Shown in pieces: positions 26,058-34,171 of a stretch of DNA of 64,000 bases. Each line of letters opens with the position of its first letter. Within the stretch, counting starts at the first letter, position 1. This DNA comes from Anaeromyxobacter sp. (GTDB taxonomy: Bacteria; Myxococcota; Myxococcia; Myxococcales; Anaeromyxobacteraceae). The stretch lies in assembly GCA_031396105.1 (NCBI GenBank), contig JANNKC010000234.1:2423-66422 (forward strand), in the 5' to 3' direction. Both the position numbers and the translations under genes were made by a program. Under the pieces are notes generated by a model that saw only the letters and a list, made by a program, of their open reading frames with translations, was not told where the DNA came from and did not search any database.

Positions 26058-28049
26058 ATGAGCGGGGCACCGATGATCATGCCCGAGCCGAGAAGCGACG
26101 CGACCGCGGCCACCGCCCCGTCCGACTGGTCCATCGAGCGCGCCCTGCAGTACTACAACATCAGCGGCTGGGGGGCCGGCTACTTCTCGGTCAACGAGAA
26201 GGGGCACGTGGTGGTGCACCCGCACGGCCAGCCCGGCCCGGTCATCGACATGATGGACGTGGTCGAGGACATCGTGGAGCGGAAGATCGGCTTCCCCTGC
26301 GTGGTGCGCTTCCAGGACGTGCTGCGCGCCCGGGTCAAGCAGATCAACGAGAGCTTCAAGCGGGTCATCGCCGAGTACAAGTACGCCGGCAGCTACTACG
26401 GCGTCTACCCGGTCAAGGTGAACCAGATGCGCGAGGTGGTCGACGAGATCGTCGACGCCGGCGCGCCTTACCACTACGGGCTGGAGGCCGGCTCCAAGGG
26501 CGAGCTGCTCATCGTGCTGGGGATGAACACCGACCCCGAGTCGCTCACCATCTGCAACGGCTACAAGGACGAGGAGTTCCTGCGGCTGGCGCTGCTGGGG
26601 CGCAAGCTGGGGCGCAAGGTCATCGTGGTCATCGAGAAGCTCTCCGAGCTGCCCATGCTGCTCAAGCTGGCGGAGGAGATGCAGGTCGAACCCATGATCG
26701 GCCTGCGCTCCAAGCTGACCACCCGCGGCACCGGCAAGTGGGAGGGCTCCTCCGGCGACTTCGCCAAGTTCGGCCTGACCATCCCGGAGCTCATCAACGC
26801 GGTGCGCATCCTCAAGGAGGCCGGCAAGGAGCACTGCGCCAAGCTGCTCCACTTCCACGCCGGCAGCCAGCTCACCGAGATCCGCACCATCAAGGACGCC
26901 GTCAACGAGGGGGCGCGCGTCTACGCCAAGCTCCGCAAGATGGGGCTGCCCATCGAGTACTTCGACGTGGGCGGCGGCCTGGGCGTGGACTACGTGGGCA
27001 CCCGCTCCACCGGCTATGCCTCCTCCATGAACTACTCGCTCGACGAGTACGTCGAGGACGTGGTCCACAACCTGCAGCGGGTCTGCGTCAACGAGGCGGT
27101 GCCCGAGCCGCACGTGGTCTCGGAGTCGGGCCGGGCCGTGGCGGCGCACCACTCCTGCATCATCATGAACGTCTTCGGCCACATCGAGATCGGCTCCGCC
27201 GAGGAGATCGCGGCCGCGTCGGTGGCGCAGCCCAACGAGCCCTCGGTGGTCCGCGAGATGCGCGAGATCGTGGCCTCCATGACGCCGCGAAACAGGGCGG
27301 AGGCCTACCACGACGCCGCCGCCAAGAAGGAGGAGGCCCTGCAGATGTTCAAGCTGGGCGTCCTCGGGCTGGAGGAGCGCGCCGTGGTGGAGAGCCTCTT
27401 CTGGAAGCTGGCGCGCGGCATCGCCGACCTGAACCGGGGCAAGAAGCGGCTGCCGCGCGAGACCAAGGACCTGGGCGACAAGATCGCCGACCAGTACCTG
27501 GCCAACTTCTCCCTCTTCCAGAGTGCCCCGGACCACTGGGCCTTCGACCAGCTCTTCCCCATCGTGCCGCTGCACCGCATGGAGGAGGCGCCCACCAGGG
27601 ACTGCACCATCGTGGACGTGACCTGCGACTCGGATGGCAAGATCGACCGCTTCATCGAGGGCGACGGGGTGGACGAGACGCTCTCCCTGCACGTGCTCAG
27701 GCCCGGCGAGCCCTACTACCTGGGCATGTTCCTGACGGGCGCCTACCAGGACATCCTGGCCGACATGCACAACCTCTTCGGCCGGGTCAACGAGCTGCAC
27801 GTCTTCGCCGACGACGAGGACCCGGAGGACTTCTACATCGAGGAGTTCATCCCGGGAGACACCATCCAGCAGGTGCTCTCGCGGGTGCAGTACGAGCCCT
27901 CCGACCTGTGCCGGCGGGTCAAGAACGCGCTGGACCAGCGCATCAAGGAGGGGTCCCTGCGCCCCAAGGACGGCGTCTACCTCTCGGACTTCTACGACGA
28001 GGTGATGCGCGGCTACACCTACCTCACCGGCGGGCAGCCGGGACGGTGA
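26058..28049 (+). CDS. speA: Biosynthetic arginine decarboxylase
   Basis: 663 aa. Contains YYNISGWGAGYFSVNEKGHVVVHP, YYGVYPVKVNQ and GGGLGVDY, with full-length SpeA-like collinearity. Alternative ATGs at 26073 and 26079. Confidence 0.95.
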   Translation: MSGAPMIMPEPRSDATAATAPSDWSIERALQYYNISGWGAGYFSVNEKGHVVVHPHGQPGPVIDMMDVVEDIVERKIGFPCVVRFQDVLRARVKQINESFKRVIAEYKYAGSYYGVYPVKVNQMREVVDEIVDAGAPYHYGLEAGSKGELLIVLGMNTDPESLTICNGYKDEEFLRLALLGRKLGRKVIVVIEKLSELPMLLKLAEEMQVEPMIGLRSKLTTRGTGKWEGSSGDFAKFGLTIPELINAVRILKEAGKEHCAKLLHFHAGSQLTEIRTIKDAVNEGARVYAKLRKMGLPIEYFDVGGGLGVDYVGTRSTGYASSMNYSLDEYVEDVVHNLQRVCVNEAVPEPHVVSESGRAVAAHHSCIIMNVFGHIEIGSAEEIAAASVAQPNEPSVVREMREIVASMTPRNRAEAYHDAAAKKEEALQMFKLGVLGLEERAVVESLFWKLARGIADLNRGKKRLPRETKDLGDKIADQYLANFSLFQSAPDHWAFDQLFPIVPLHRMEEAPTRDCTIVDVTCDSDGKIDRFIEGDGVDETLSLHVLRPGEPYYLGMFLTGAYQDILADMHNLFGRVNELHVFADDEDPEDFYIEEFIPGDTIQQVLSRVQYEPSDLCRRVKNALDQRIKEGSLRPKDGVYLSDFYDEVMRGYTYLTGGQPGR

Positions 28050-28202
28050 TGCCGCGGCGGGCCCGTCGAACCCGCCGGAGGCGCCGCCACCCCGGAAGGG
28101 TCGAGCCGGGGAAGGCCCGTTCGGGATAGAGACTGACGGTCACGTTCCATTCACGCCCGGGCCCGCGCCCGGTCCGGGCTCGACCCGGGGGAGCTCCACA
28201 CC

Positions 28203-28406
28203 ATGGCCGTCTACAAGAAGATCGAGATCGTCGGCACCTCCAAGACCAGCTTCGCCGAGGCGGTGAAGACCGCCGTGGCCGAGGCCGGCAAGTCGGTGCG
28301 CCACATGAACTGGTTCGAGGTGGTGGAGCAGCGCGGCGCCATCAAGGACGGCAAGGTGCTGGAGTTCCAGGTCACCGTCCGCATCGGCTTCAAGATCGAG
28401 GGGTAG
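28203..28406 (+). CDS. Dodecin-family flavin-binding protein
   Basis: 67 aa: MAVYKKIEIVGTSKTSFAEAVKTAVAEAGKSVRHMNWFEVVEQRGAIKDGKVLEFQVTVRIGFKIE, matching the dodecin pattern. Confidence 0.85.
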   Translation: MAVYKKIEIVGTSKTSFAEAVKTAVAEAGKSVRHMNWFEVVEQRGAIKDGKVLEFQVTVRIGFKIEG

Positions 28407-28439
28407 CGGGTCCGGCAGCGACGGCGACGGAGGCACCAC

Positions 28440-29420
28440 ATGCGCGCCATCCTCATCGAGAAGTCCGACGCCGGCCAGGTGGCACGGCTCGCCGAGGTGC
28501 CGGAGGCGCAGCTGCCCGAGGGCGACGTGACGGTGAAGGTGGCCTGGTCCACGCTCAACTACAAGGACGCGCTGGCCATCACCGGCCGGTCGCCGGTGGT
28601 CCGCGCGTTCCCCATGGTGCCCGGCATCGACCTCGCCGGGACGGTGGAGGCGAGCACCAGCCCGGCCTGGCGGGCCGGCGACCAGGTGGTGCTGAACGGC
28701 TGGGGGATCGGCGAGGAGCGCTTCGGCGGCCTGGCCGAGCGGGCCCGCGTCAAGGGCGAGTGGCTGGTGCGGATCCCGGCGCCGCTCGATGCGCGGCGGG
28801 CCATGTCGCTCGGCACGGCCGGCTACACGGCGGCCCTCTGCGTGCTGGCGCTGGAGCGTCACGGCCTCACGCCGGCCGACGGCGAGGTGCTGGTCACCGG
28901 CGCGAGCGGCGGCGTGGGGAGCGTGGCCATCGCGCTGCTCAAGGCGCGCGGCTTCACCGTGGTGGCCTCCACCGGCCGGCCGGCCGAGGAGGCCTACCTG
29001 AAGGGGCTGGGCGCGGCCTCCATCATCGACCGGGCCGAGCTCGCCAGGCCGGGCAAGCCGCTCGGCAAGGAGCGCTGGGCCGGGGTGGTGGACGCGGTGG
29101 GCAGCACGACGCTGGCCAACGCCTGCGCCCAGACCAGGGTCCGCGGCGCCGTCACGGCCTGCGGCCTGGCCGGCGGCATGGACTTCCCGGCCTCGGTGGC
29201 GCCATTCATCCTGCGCGGCGTCACGCTCTACGGCGTCGAGAGCGTGCGGGCGCCGCGCCCACTGCGCCAGCAGGCCTGGGCCCGGCTGGCGGCCGACCTG
29301 GCACCGGCCACGCTGGAGGCCATGACGCGCGAGATCGGCCTCTCCGAGGCCATCGGCGCGGCGGGCGAGCTGCTGGCCGGCACGGTGCGCGGGCGACTGC
29401 TGGTGGACGTGACGCGCTGA
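28440..29420 (+). CDS. acuI: YhdH/AcuI-type MDR oxidoreductase (acrylyl-CoA reductase-like)
   Basis: 326 aa. Motifs: [42 protein letters not shown]. Confidence 0.88.
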   Translation: MRAILIEKSDAGQVARLAEVPEAQLPEGDVTVKVAWSTLNYKDALAITGRSPVVRAFPMVPGIDLAGTVEASTSPAWRAGDQVVLNGWGIGEERFGGLAERARVKGEWLVRIPAPLDARRAMSLGTAGYTAALCVLALERHGLTPADGEVLVTGASGGVGSVAIALLKARGFTVVASTGRPAEEAYLKGLGAASIIDRAELARPGKPLGKERWAGVVDAVGSTTLANACAQTRVRGAVTACGLAGGMDFPASVAPFILRGVTLYGVESVRAPRPLRQQAWARLAADLAPATLEAMTREIGLSEAIGAAGELLAGTVRGRLLVDVTR

Positions 29421-29454
29421 GGGCCGCGGCCGGGCCGCGGCCGCCTGGCCGGAA

Positions 29455-29553
29455 TGGCGGCAGGGCAAGGGAATCGAACCCTCCAGCAGCGCCTCTCAGC
29501 ACCACTCACTCGTTTTGAAGACGAGGCCGCGCACCAGCCACGGACGCCCTGCC
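29455..29553 (-). tRNA. selC: tRNA-Sec (anticodon UCA)
   Basis: 99 nt. Features folded by hand:
- 8-bp acceptor stem GGCAGGGC/GCCCTGCC, discriminator G, encoded CCA
- anticodon stem CTCGT/ACGAG with loop CTTCAAA
- 8-bp variable arm AGTGGTGC/GCGCTGCT
- 5-bp T stem with loop TTCGATT
This is the bacterial 8/5 tRNA-Sec architecture. Confidence 0.92.
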
Positions 29554-29612
29554 GCCGACCGGTCTACGGGAGGAGCGGCGGAGCGTCAAGCCGCGCCGCG
29601 CCCGCCCCGGGG

Positions 29613-30275
29613 TCAGTCCTGGTGCTCGAACCAGAGGAAGTCCACCAGCACGGCGGCCGCCAGCACGAGCTGGCGCAGCCTGGCGTCGCCGGGGGGCAAG
29701 GTGACCAGGAAGGTGTCGGAGTCGGTGAAGGCCTCCCGGAAGAGGCCCGACCACCTCTTCTCGATGCGCCCCACCTCGCGCGCGGCGCCCGCCGGCCCCA
29801 CCTCGACCAGCACGGTCCAGGGCCGGAGCAGCGGGCCGGTCAGGCGCGCCAGCGGCCGTCCATCGGGCGCCTCGACGTCGAGCCGCTTCCGGAACCAGCC
29901 CCAGCGCTGCTGGATGCGCCCCAGCACCTGCCCGGTGGCCGCCTGGCGCACCTCCAGGTGGGCGAAGAACCAGCGCCAGGGGCGCTCCAGCACCAGGAGC
30001 GGCCGGTCGGCGTGCTCCGACGGGTAGAGCCCCATGGTGAACGGCCGGTTGGCCTTGAGGAACCAGCGGGCCAGGAAGGCGCCGGCCCCCTCGGAGTGCT
30101 CGGCGAAGCCCGCGGTGAAGGCCCCCTGCTCGGTGTGGACGGCGTAGCGGCCGCGCGACTCGATGCCGGTGAAGTTCTCCAGGAGGTTGCGCCGCTGCTT
30201 CACCACCAGGCGCGGCGCCTGGGCCAGCGAGGCGGCGAAGGGGACGGCGGCGGTGAGCTGGTCGGAGGGGCGCAT
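29613..30275 (-). CDS. Phospholipid scramblase-family (tubby-like fold) protein
   Basis: 220 aa from the ATG at 30275; the track ORF begins at a GTG at 30320. Contains LVVKQRRNLLENFTGIESRGRYAV...LVLERPWRWFFAHLEV...IEKRWSGLFREAFTDSDTFLV and a hydrophobic C-terminus, typical of the scramblase family. Confidence 0.75.
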   Translation of the reverse strand: MRPSDQLTAAVPFAASLAQAPRLVVKQRRNLLENFTGIESRGRYAVHTEQGAFTAGFAEHSEGAGAFLARWFLKANRPFTMGLYPSEHADRPLLVLERPWRWFFAHLEVRQAATGQVLGRIQQRWGWFRKRLDVEAPDGRPLARLTGPLLRPWTVLVEVGPAGAAREVGRIEKRWSGLFREAFTDSDTFLVTLPPGDARLRQLVLAAAVLVDFLWFEHQD

Positions 30276-30374
30276 GGCGCCATTCTCGCCTCGAATGGGC
30301 GGCGCGGGAAGCGGGACCACGCGCCACGTCCAGGCCGCCGCGCCGACCGCTCCGGCGCGCTCGCCTTGGCGCGC

Positions 30375-32003
30375 CTACCGCTCCGGCGTGCTCGCCTTGG
30401 AGGGGCGCGCGGCGGCGGCGGCCGGCGCGTGCTCCTCGCCCCAGGTCGAGAGGACCACGGTGGCCCGCTCGTGCGGCATGGCGGCGCGCGGCGAGCGGAA
30501 GCGCTCCATGGGGGAGTAGAAGCCCAGGTTGGAGACGCGGCTGGTGTAGAGGCAGGCGTAGTCCTCCACCTGCTCGCCGAAGCGTGAGTTCTCGTTCCCC
30601 TCCTTGAAGGTGAGCCCCCAGGTCGGGTTGACGCCCGCCTCCAGCGTCCGCGCCACGTGGTCGAGCCGGGCCTGGGCGTCGCGCAGGGCGCGGCGCAGCG
30701 CCTCCAGCTCGCCCTTGCGCCGCCGGCGCTCCGCCTCCAGCGCGAACCGCTCGCCGTCCCCCCCCTCGCGGTCGAGCCGCCGCTCCGCCTGGTTGAGCGC
30801 GGTGCGGTGCGAGGCGATGGCGTCCTCCAGCCGGACCCGCAGCCCCTCCAGCCGGTCCAGCTCGGCCAGCGCCTCGCGGTGGCCGGTGAGCCAGCCGATC
30901 TCCCGCTCCAGCTCCTCCACCACCAGGCAGGTGCGCCAGAGCGAGCTCTTCCGGGAGCGCAGGATGTCGCCGTAGATGTGGTCGCCCACGTAGAGGACCC
31001 GCTCGCCGCCCGTCCCCAGCAGCTCCTCCAGCCGCGAGAGGTCGCCGCCCTGGTAGGTGCGGCCGCGCTCCAGCGCGGTGGCCTCGCCAGCCGGCTGACC
31101 GTCCGGGCCGAGCAGGAGGAGCGGCCGCCGCTCCGAGAAGAAGGCCGGCTTCTGCGCGCCGGTGATCACGGCGTCGAAGTAGCTGCGCCAGCTCGGGTAC
31201 TCCGGCAGGAGGCCGTCCAGCACGTGGCGCATCACCGCGTCGGTGTAGTCGGCCATGGAGTTGGTGAGGAGGAAGAGTCGCTTGCCGCCGGAGCGGAGCC
31301 GGTGCAGCGCGGGCCCAAGCTCCGGGTCCTTCACCAGGTAGCGCGGCAGGTCGCCCATGACCACCGCCTTGAGCGAACCGTCGCGGTGGACCGTGTCGAT
31401 GGCCTCGCGCACGTCCTCGTAGAGCTTGACCGAGTCCACCTCGGCGCCGCTGCGCTCCATGAGCTCGACGGCCTCCGCGATGAGGCAGGCCTCGGGCAGG
31501 GCAAAGAGGGTGTCGATCCAGGCGAAGCGGGGAGAGGAGAGGTGGATCTTCTCGTCGCGGTAGAGCCGCTGCAGCGCCTCGTCGGGGATGGGCCGGCGTC
31601 CGTGGTAGCCGCGCCCCACGTGGTTGTGCCGGTCCATCTTGAAGAGGTTGCCGTGGCGCTTGTCGACCACCAGGCCGCGGATGACGAAGGAGGGGTCGTA
31701 GCGGACGTCGGCGAGCGGTGCCGGGTAGCCGTGGTGCTCCACCAGCCGGGCCGCCGTCATGGAGAAGGCCAGCTCCTCCAGCTCGCGGAGCTGGTAGATG
31801 GCCAGGGTGTAGTCCATGTCGAAGCCGACGGTCTCGATCCGGTCCATGCGCAGGTTTCGGTTGACGAAGACCTGGCGCTCCGGCGGCACGTCGCGCCGGC
31901 CCACCGCCGGCTCGGCCAGCAGGGCGGCGATCTCGGGGGCATCGTAGCCGGGGCCGCCGGCGTCGGCGGCCGGCCCGGACCTGGGGTCTTGCGTGGTCGG
32001 CAT
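30375..32003 (-). CDS. HAD-superfamily cytosolic purine 5'-nucleotidase (cN-II-like)
   Basis: 542 aa. Contains VFVNRNLRMDRIETVGFDMDYTLAIY (the DMDYT nucleophile motif), LFLLTNS, VLYVGDHIYGDILRSRK and WRTCLVVEELE. Confidence 0.85.
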   Translation of the reverse strand: MPTTQDPRSGPAADAGGPGYDAPEIAALLAEPAVGRRDVPPERQVFVNRNLRMDRIETVGFDMDYTLAIYQLRELEELAFSMTAARLVEHHGYPAPLADVRYDPSFVIRGLVVDKRHGNLFKMDRHNHVGRGYHGRRPIPDEALQRLYRDEKIHLSSPRFAWIDTLFALPEACLIAEAVELMERSGAEVDSVKLYEDVREAIDTVHRDGSLKAVVMGDLPRYLVKDPELGPALHRLRSGGKRLFLLTNSMADYTDAVMRHVLDGLLPEYPSWRSYFDAVITGAQKPAFFSERRPLLLLGPDGQPAGEATALERGRTYQGGDLSRLEELLGTGGERVLYVGDHIYGDILRSRKSSLWRTCLVVEELEREIGWLTGHREALAELDRLEGLRVRLEDAIASHRTALNQAERRLDREGGDGERFALEAERRRRKGELEALRRALRDAQARLDHVARTLEAGVNPTWGLTFKEGNENSRFGEQVEDYACLYTSRVSNLGFYSPMERFRSPRAAMPHERATVVLSTWGEEHAPAAAAARPSKASTPER

Positions 32004-32057
32004 GGCGCGGCCGGGATACCACGCGCCAGGGAGCGCCTCAACGGCCGCGCGGGAAAG

Positions 32058-32085
32058 TTGCGTCGGCGCCGGCGGGGTCTAGGCT
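32058..32085 (+). promoter_or_regulatory. Putative promoter with very short leader
   Basis: TTGCGT-N16-TAGGCT, then 9 nt to the GTG at 32095. Confidence 0.3.
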
Positions 32086-32094
32086 CGCCCCACC

Positions 32095-32331
32095 GTGACG
32101 CCACGCCGCCCCAGCCCCCCGAGGAGCCCCGGTTCCGCCCTGCTCCGGCGCCTCGCCGCGCTGGAGGCTCGCGTCACGCGGCTCGAGACCGGCAAGGCCG
32201 GCCCGGGTGACGGGCGCGCCGCGGTGGCGCCGCGCGTCAAGGTGGTGGAGCGCTGTCCGGGCTGCGGCCTGCCGCTCAGGCGGCGCGCCGGGCGCTGCGC
32301 CGCGTGCAGCCGGCCGCTCGACGAGCGGTGA
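32095..32331 (+). CDS. Small hypothetical protein with CxxC...CxxC zinc-ribbon-like motif
   Basis: 78 aa with a GTG start. Contains CPGCGLPLRRRAGRCAAC. Composition is Arg/Ala/Pro-rich, so it may not be a real gene. The upstream promoter-like element is the only other support. Confidence 0.4.
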   Translation: MTPRRPSPPRSPGSALLRRLAALEARVTRLETGKAGPGDGRAAVAPRVKVVERCPGCGLPLRRRAGRCAACSRPLDER

Positions 32332-32388
32332 GGGGTCGGCGCCGTGGGGCCACCGAGGCCGGCCGGGCTCGGCCAGGCGGGCCAGGCC

Positions 32389-32634
32389 TCACTCGTCGGC
32401 GACCAGCCGGGTGGCCGGGATGCCCAGGGCGCGGGCGATGGCCACCACGGTGGTGTACGGCGGGTTTCGGCCGCCGCGCTCGATGAGGCTGACGTAGGCG
32501 ACCGACAGCTCCAGCGACTCGGCAAGGTTCTCCTGGGTCAGGCCGCGGTGCTTGCGGTGGTCGCGGATTCGCTGGCCGAGCTTGCGAAGCTCCTCGCGCC
32601 GCGGGTCCTTCGTGGTCTTCTGCTTTTGGGCCAT
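32389..32634 (-). CDS. XRE-family helix-turn-helix transcriptional regulator
   Basis: 81 aa. Contains LGQRIRDHRKHRGLTQENLAESLELSVAYVSLIERGGRNP. AGGA lies 9 nt upstream of the ATG. Confidence 0.85.
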   Translation of the reverse strand: MAQKQKTTKDPRREELRKLGQRIRDHRKHRGLTQENLAESLELSVAYVSLIERGGRNPPYTTVVAIARALGIPATRLVADE

Positions 32635-32844
32635 GCTCGAGATCCTGATGGGTCAGGCTGGGTGTGGGGTCGAGGAGGATGCGGTGGGTGCGCTGGAGAG
32701 TCCACCGACAGTGTGTTTGGGTCGCCGCGTGTCCGTCCGGCGTGCATGGGGGAATAGCCAGTCATTCAACGCCCCTCGGCTCGCCAGGATTCCCAGGACT
32801 GATGGTGGGGCCCCCGACGGGTTTTCCGGCCCGGCCGGGCGCAG

Positions 32845-32872
32845 TTGACCGGCGCCCGAGCCCAGGTAAGGT
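32845..32872 (+). promoter_or_regulatory. Putative promoter of the M16 peptidase pair (near-leaderless)
   Basis: TTGACC-N16-TAAGGT, then 9 nt to the ATG at 32882. No Shine-Dalgarno sequence. Confidence 0.4.
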
Positions 32873-32881
32873 CCGCGCCAC

Positions 32882-34171
32882 ATGAACCGCCCGGCGACCC
32901 CCGCCCTCCGCGTCATCGACCTCGACGCGGTGCGTGCCTCCACCCTGCCGAACGGCCTGAGGCTGCGCGTCCTGCGCGAGGCCGGCGCGCCCACCGTGAG
33001 CTACGCCACCTTCTTCCAGGTCGGTTCCCGCAACGAGCGTCCGGGCACCACCGGCATCAGCCACCTCTTCGAGCACATGATGTTCAACGGGGCGGCCAAG
33101 TACGGCCCCAAGGAGTTCGACCGGGTGCTCGAGGCCCGGGGCGGCCACTCCAACGCCTACACCTCCACCGACCTCACCGTGTACTACGAGGACTTCGCCG
33201 CCTCGGCCCTGGAGACGGTGGTGGACCTCGAGTCGGACCGGATGCGCTCGCTGCGCATCGACGACGGGGCGCTGGAGCAGGAGCGCGAGGTGGTCAAGGA
33301 GGAGCGGCGGCTGCGCACCGACAACTCGGTCTTCGGCCTCATGGAGGAGCAGCTCGAGGCGCTGGTCTTCCAGGCCCACCCCTACCGCTGGCCGGTCATC
33401 GGCTGGATGTCCGACATCGAGCGCATCAGCCGGCCCGACTGCGAGGCCTTCTTCCGCACCTGCTACGCCCCCTCCAACGCGGCCCTCTACGTGGTGGGGG
33501 ACCTCGACCCGGAGGCGCTGGAAGGGCTGGTGGCACGGGCCTACGGCGACATCCCGGCCGGTCCGCCGCTGCCCGCGGTGCCCGCCGGCGAGCCGGAGCA
33601 GCGCGGCGAGCGGCGTGCCGAGATCCGCTTCCCGGCGCAGGCGCCGGCGCTCCTGTGTGGCTGGCGCGGCCCCCCGGCGCGCAGCCCCGATGCCGTCGCC
33701 CTCGACCTGGCGCAGTTCTGCCTGGCGGTGGGCGAGTCCTCCCGCCTGCGCCGCACGCTGGTGCACGGCTCCGGGGTCGCGGTGTCGGTCAACGCCTCCT
33801 GGGGCTGGCGCATCGACCCGGGCGTCTTCATGATCTTCGCCGAGCTTTCGCCCGGCGCCCGCGTGGCCAAGGTGGAGCGGGCGCTGGCCGCCGAGCTCGG
33901 GCGGCTGGCGGCGCGCGGTCCCTCGGCCGCCGAGCTCGGGCGGGCCAGGGCGCTCCTGCGCAGCGCGGCGCTCCACGAGCTGGGGACCCACCACGGACTG
34001 GCCCACGCGCTGGGCCAGGCGGAGGCCCTGCTGGGCGACTGGCGCGAGGCCGGACGGGCGCTGGAGCACTACGCCGCGGTCAGCGCCGCCGACGTGCGGC
34101 GCGTGGTGCGCGACTACCTGGCGCCGGCGCGCGCCTCGGTGGTCACGCTGGTGCCGGAGGGCGGGCGATGA
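32882..34171 (+). CDS. M16-family zinc peptidase (active subunit, HxxEH)
   Basis: 429 aa. The inverted zinc motif GISHLFEHMMFNG is present, plus the downstream Glu region. Confidence 0.92.
   Translation: MNRPATPALRVIDLDAVRASTLPNGLRLRVLREAGAPTVSYATFFQVGSRNERPGTTGISHLFEHMMFNGAAKYGPKEFDRVLEARGGHSNAYTSTDLTVYYEDFAASALETVVDLESDRMRSLRIDDGALEQEREVVKEERRLRTDNSVFGLMEEQLEALVFQAHPYRWPVIGWMSDIERISRPDCEAFFRTCYAPSNAALYVVGDLDPEALEGLVARAYGDIPAGPPLPAVPAGEPEQRGERRAEIRFPAQAPALLCGWRGPPARSPDAVALDLAQFCLAVGESSRLRRTLVHGSGVAVSVNASWGWRIDPGVFMIFAELSPGARVAKVERALAAELGRLAARGPSAAELGRARALLRSAALHELGTHHGLAHALGQAEALLGDWREAGRALEHYAAVSAADVRRVVRDYLAPARASVVTLVPEGGR

Noticed and set aside
28050-28202. Possible FMN riboswitch or other leader RNA upstream of the dodecin (flavin-binding) gene.
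   Set aside because: The 153-nt spacer contains only generic GC hairpins (for example CGGCGGG-N9-CCCGCCG at about 28055-28077, probably a speA terminator). I could not find the conserved FMN-element core strings, and the spacer is too short and unstructured for a confident call by eye.
28485-28505. TGGCAC sequences as sigma54 (-24) promoter elements, potential targets of the NtrC-type regulator. Hits at 28488-28493 and 59925-59945.
   Set aside because: Both hits are inside coding regions and lack a TTGC -12 element at the correct 4-5 nt spacing. No convincing GG-N10-GC promoter was found upstream of the adjacent OM barrel gene either, which instead has a sigma70-like TTGACC-N17-TAGCGT.
29421-29613. 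Genomic island integrated at tRNA-Sec, or at tRNA-Met (43970-44046).
   Set aside because: No integrase, no direct repeat of the tRNA 3' end and no compositional shift were seen on either side. The flanking genes are ordinary metabolic genes.
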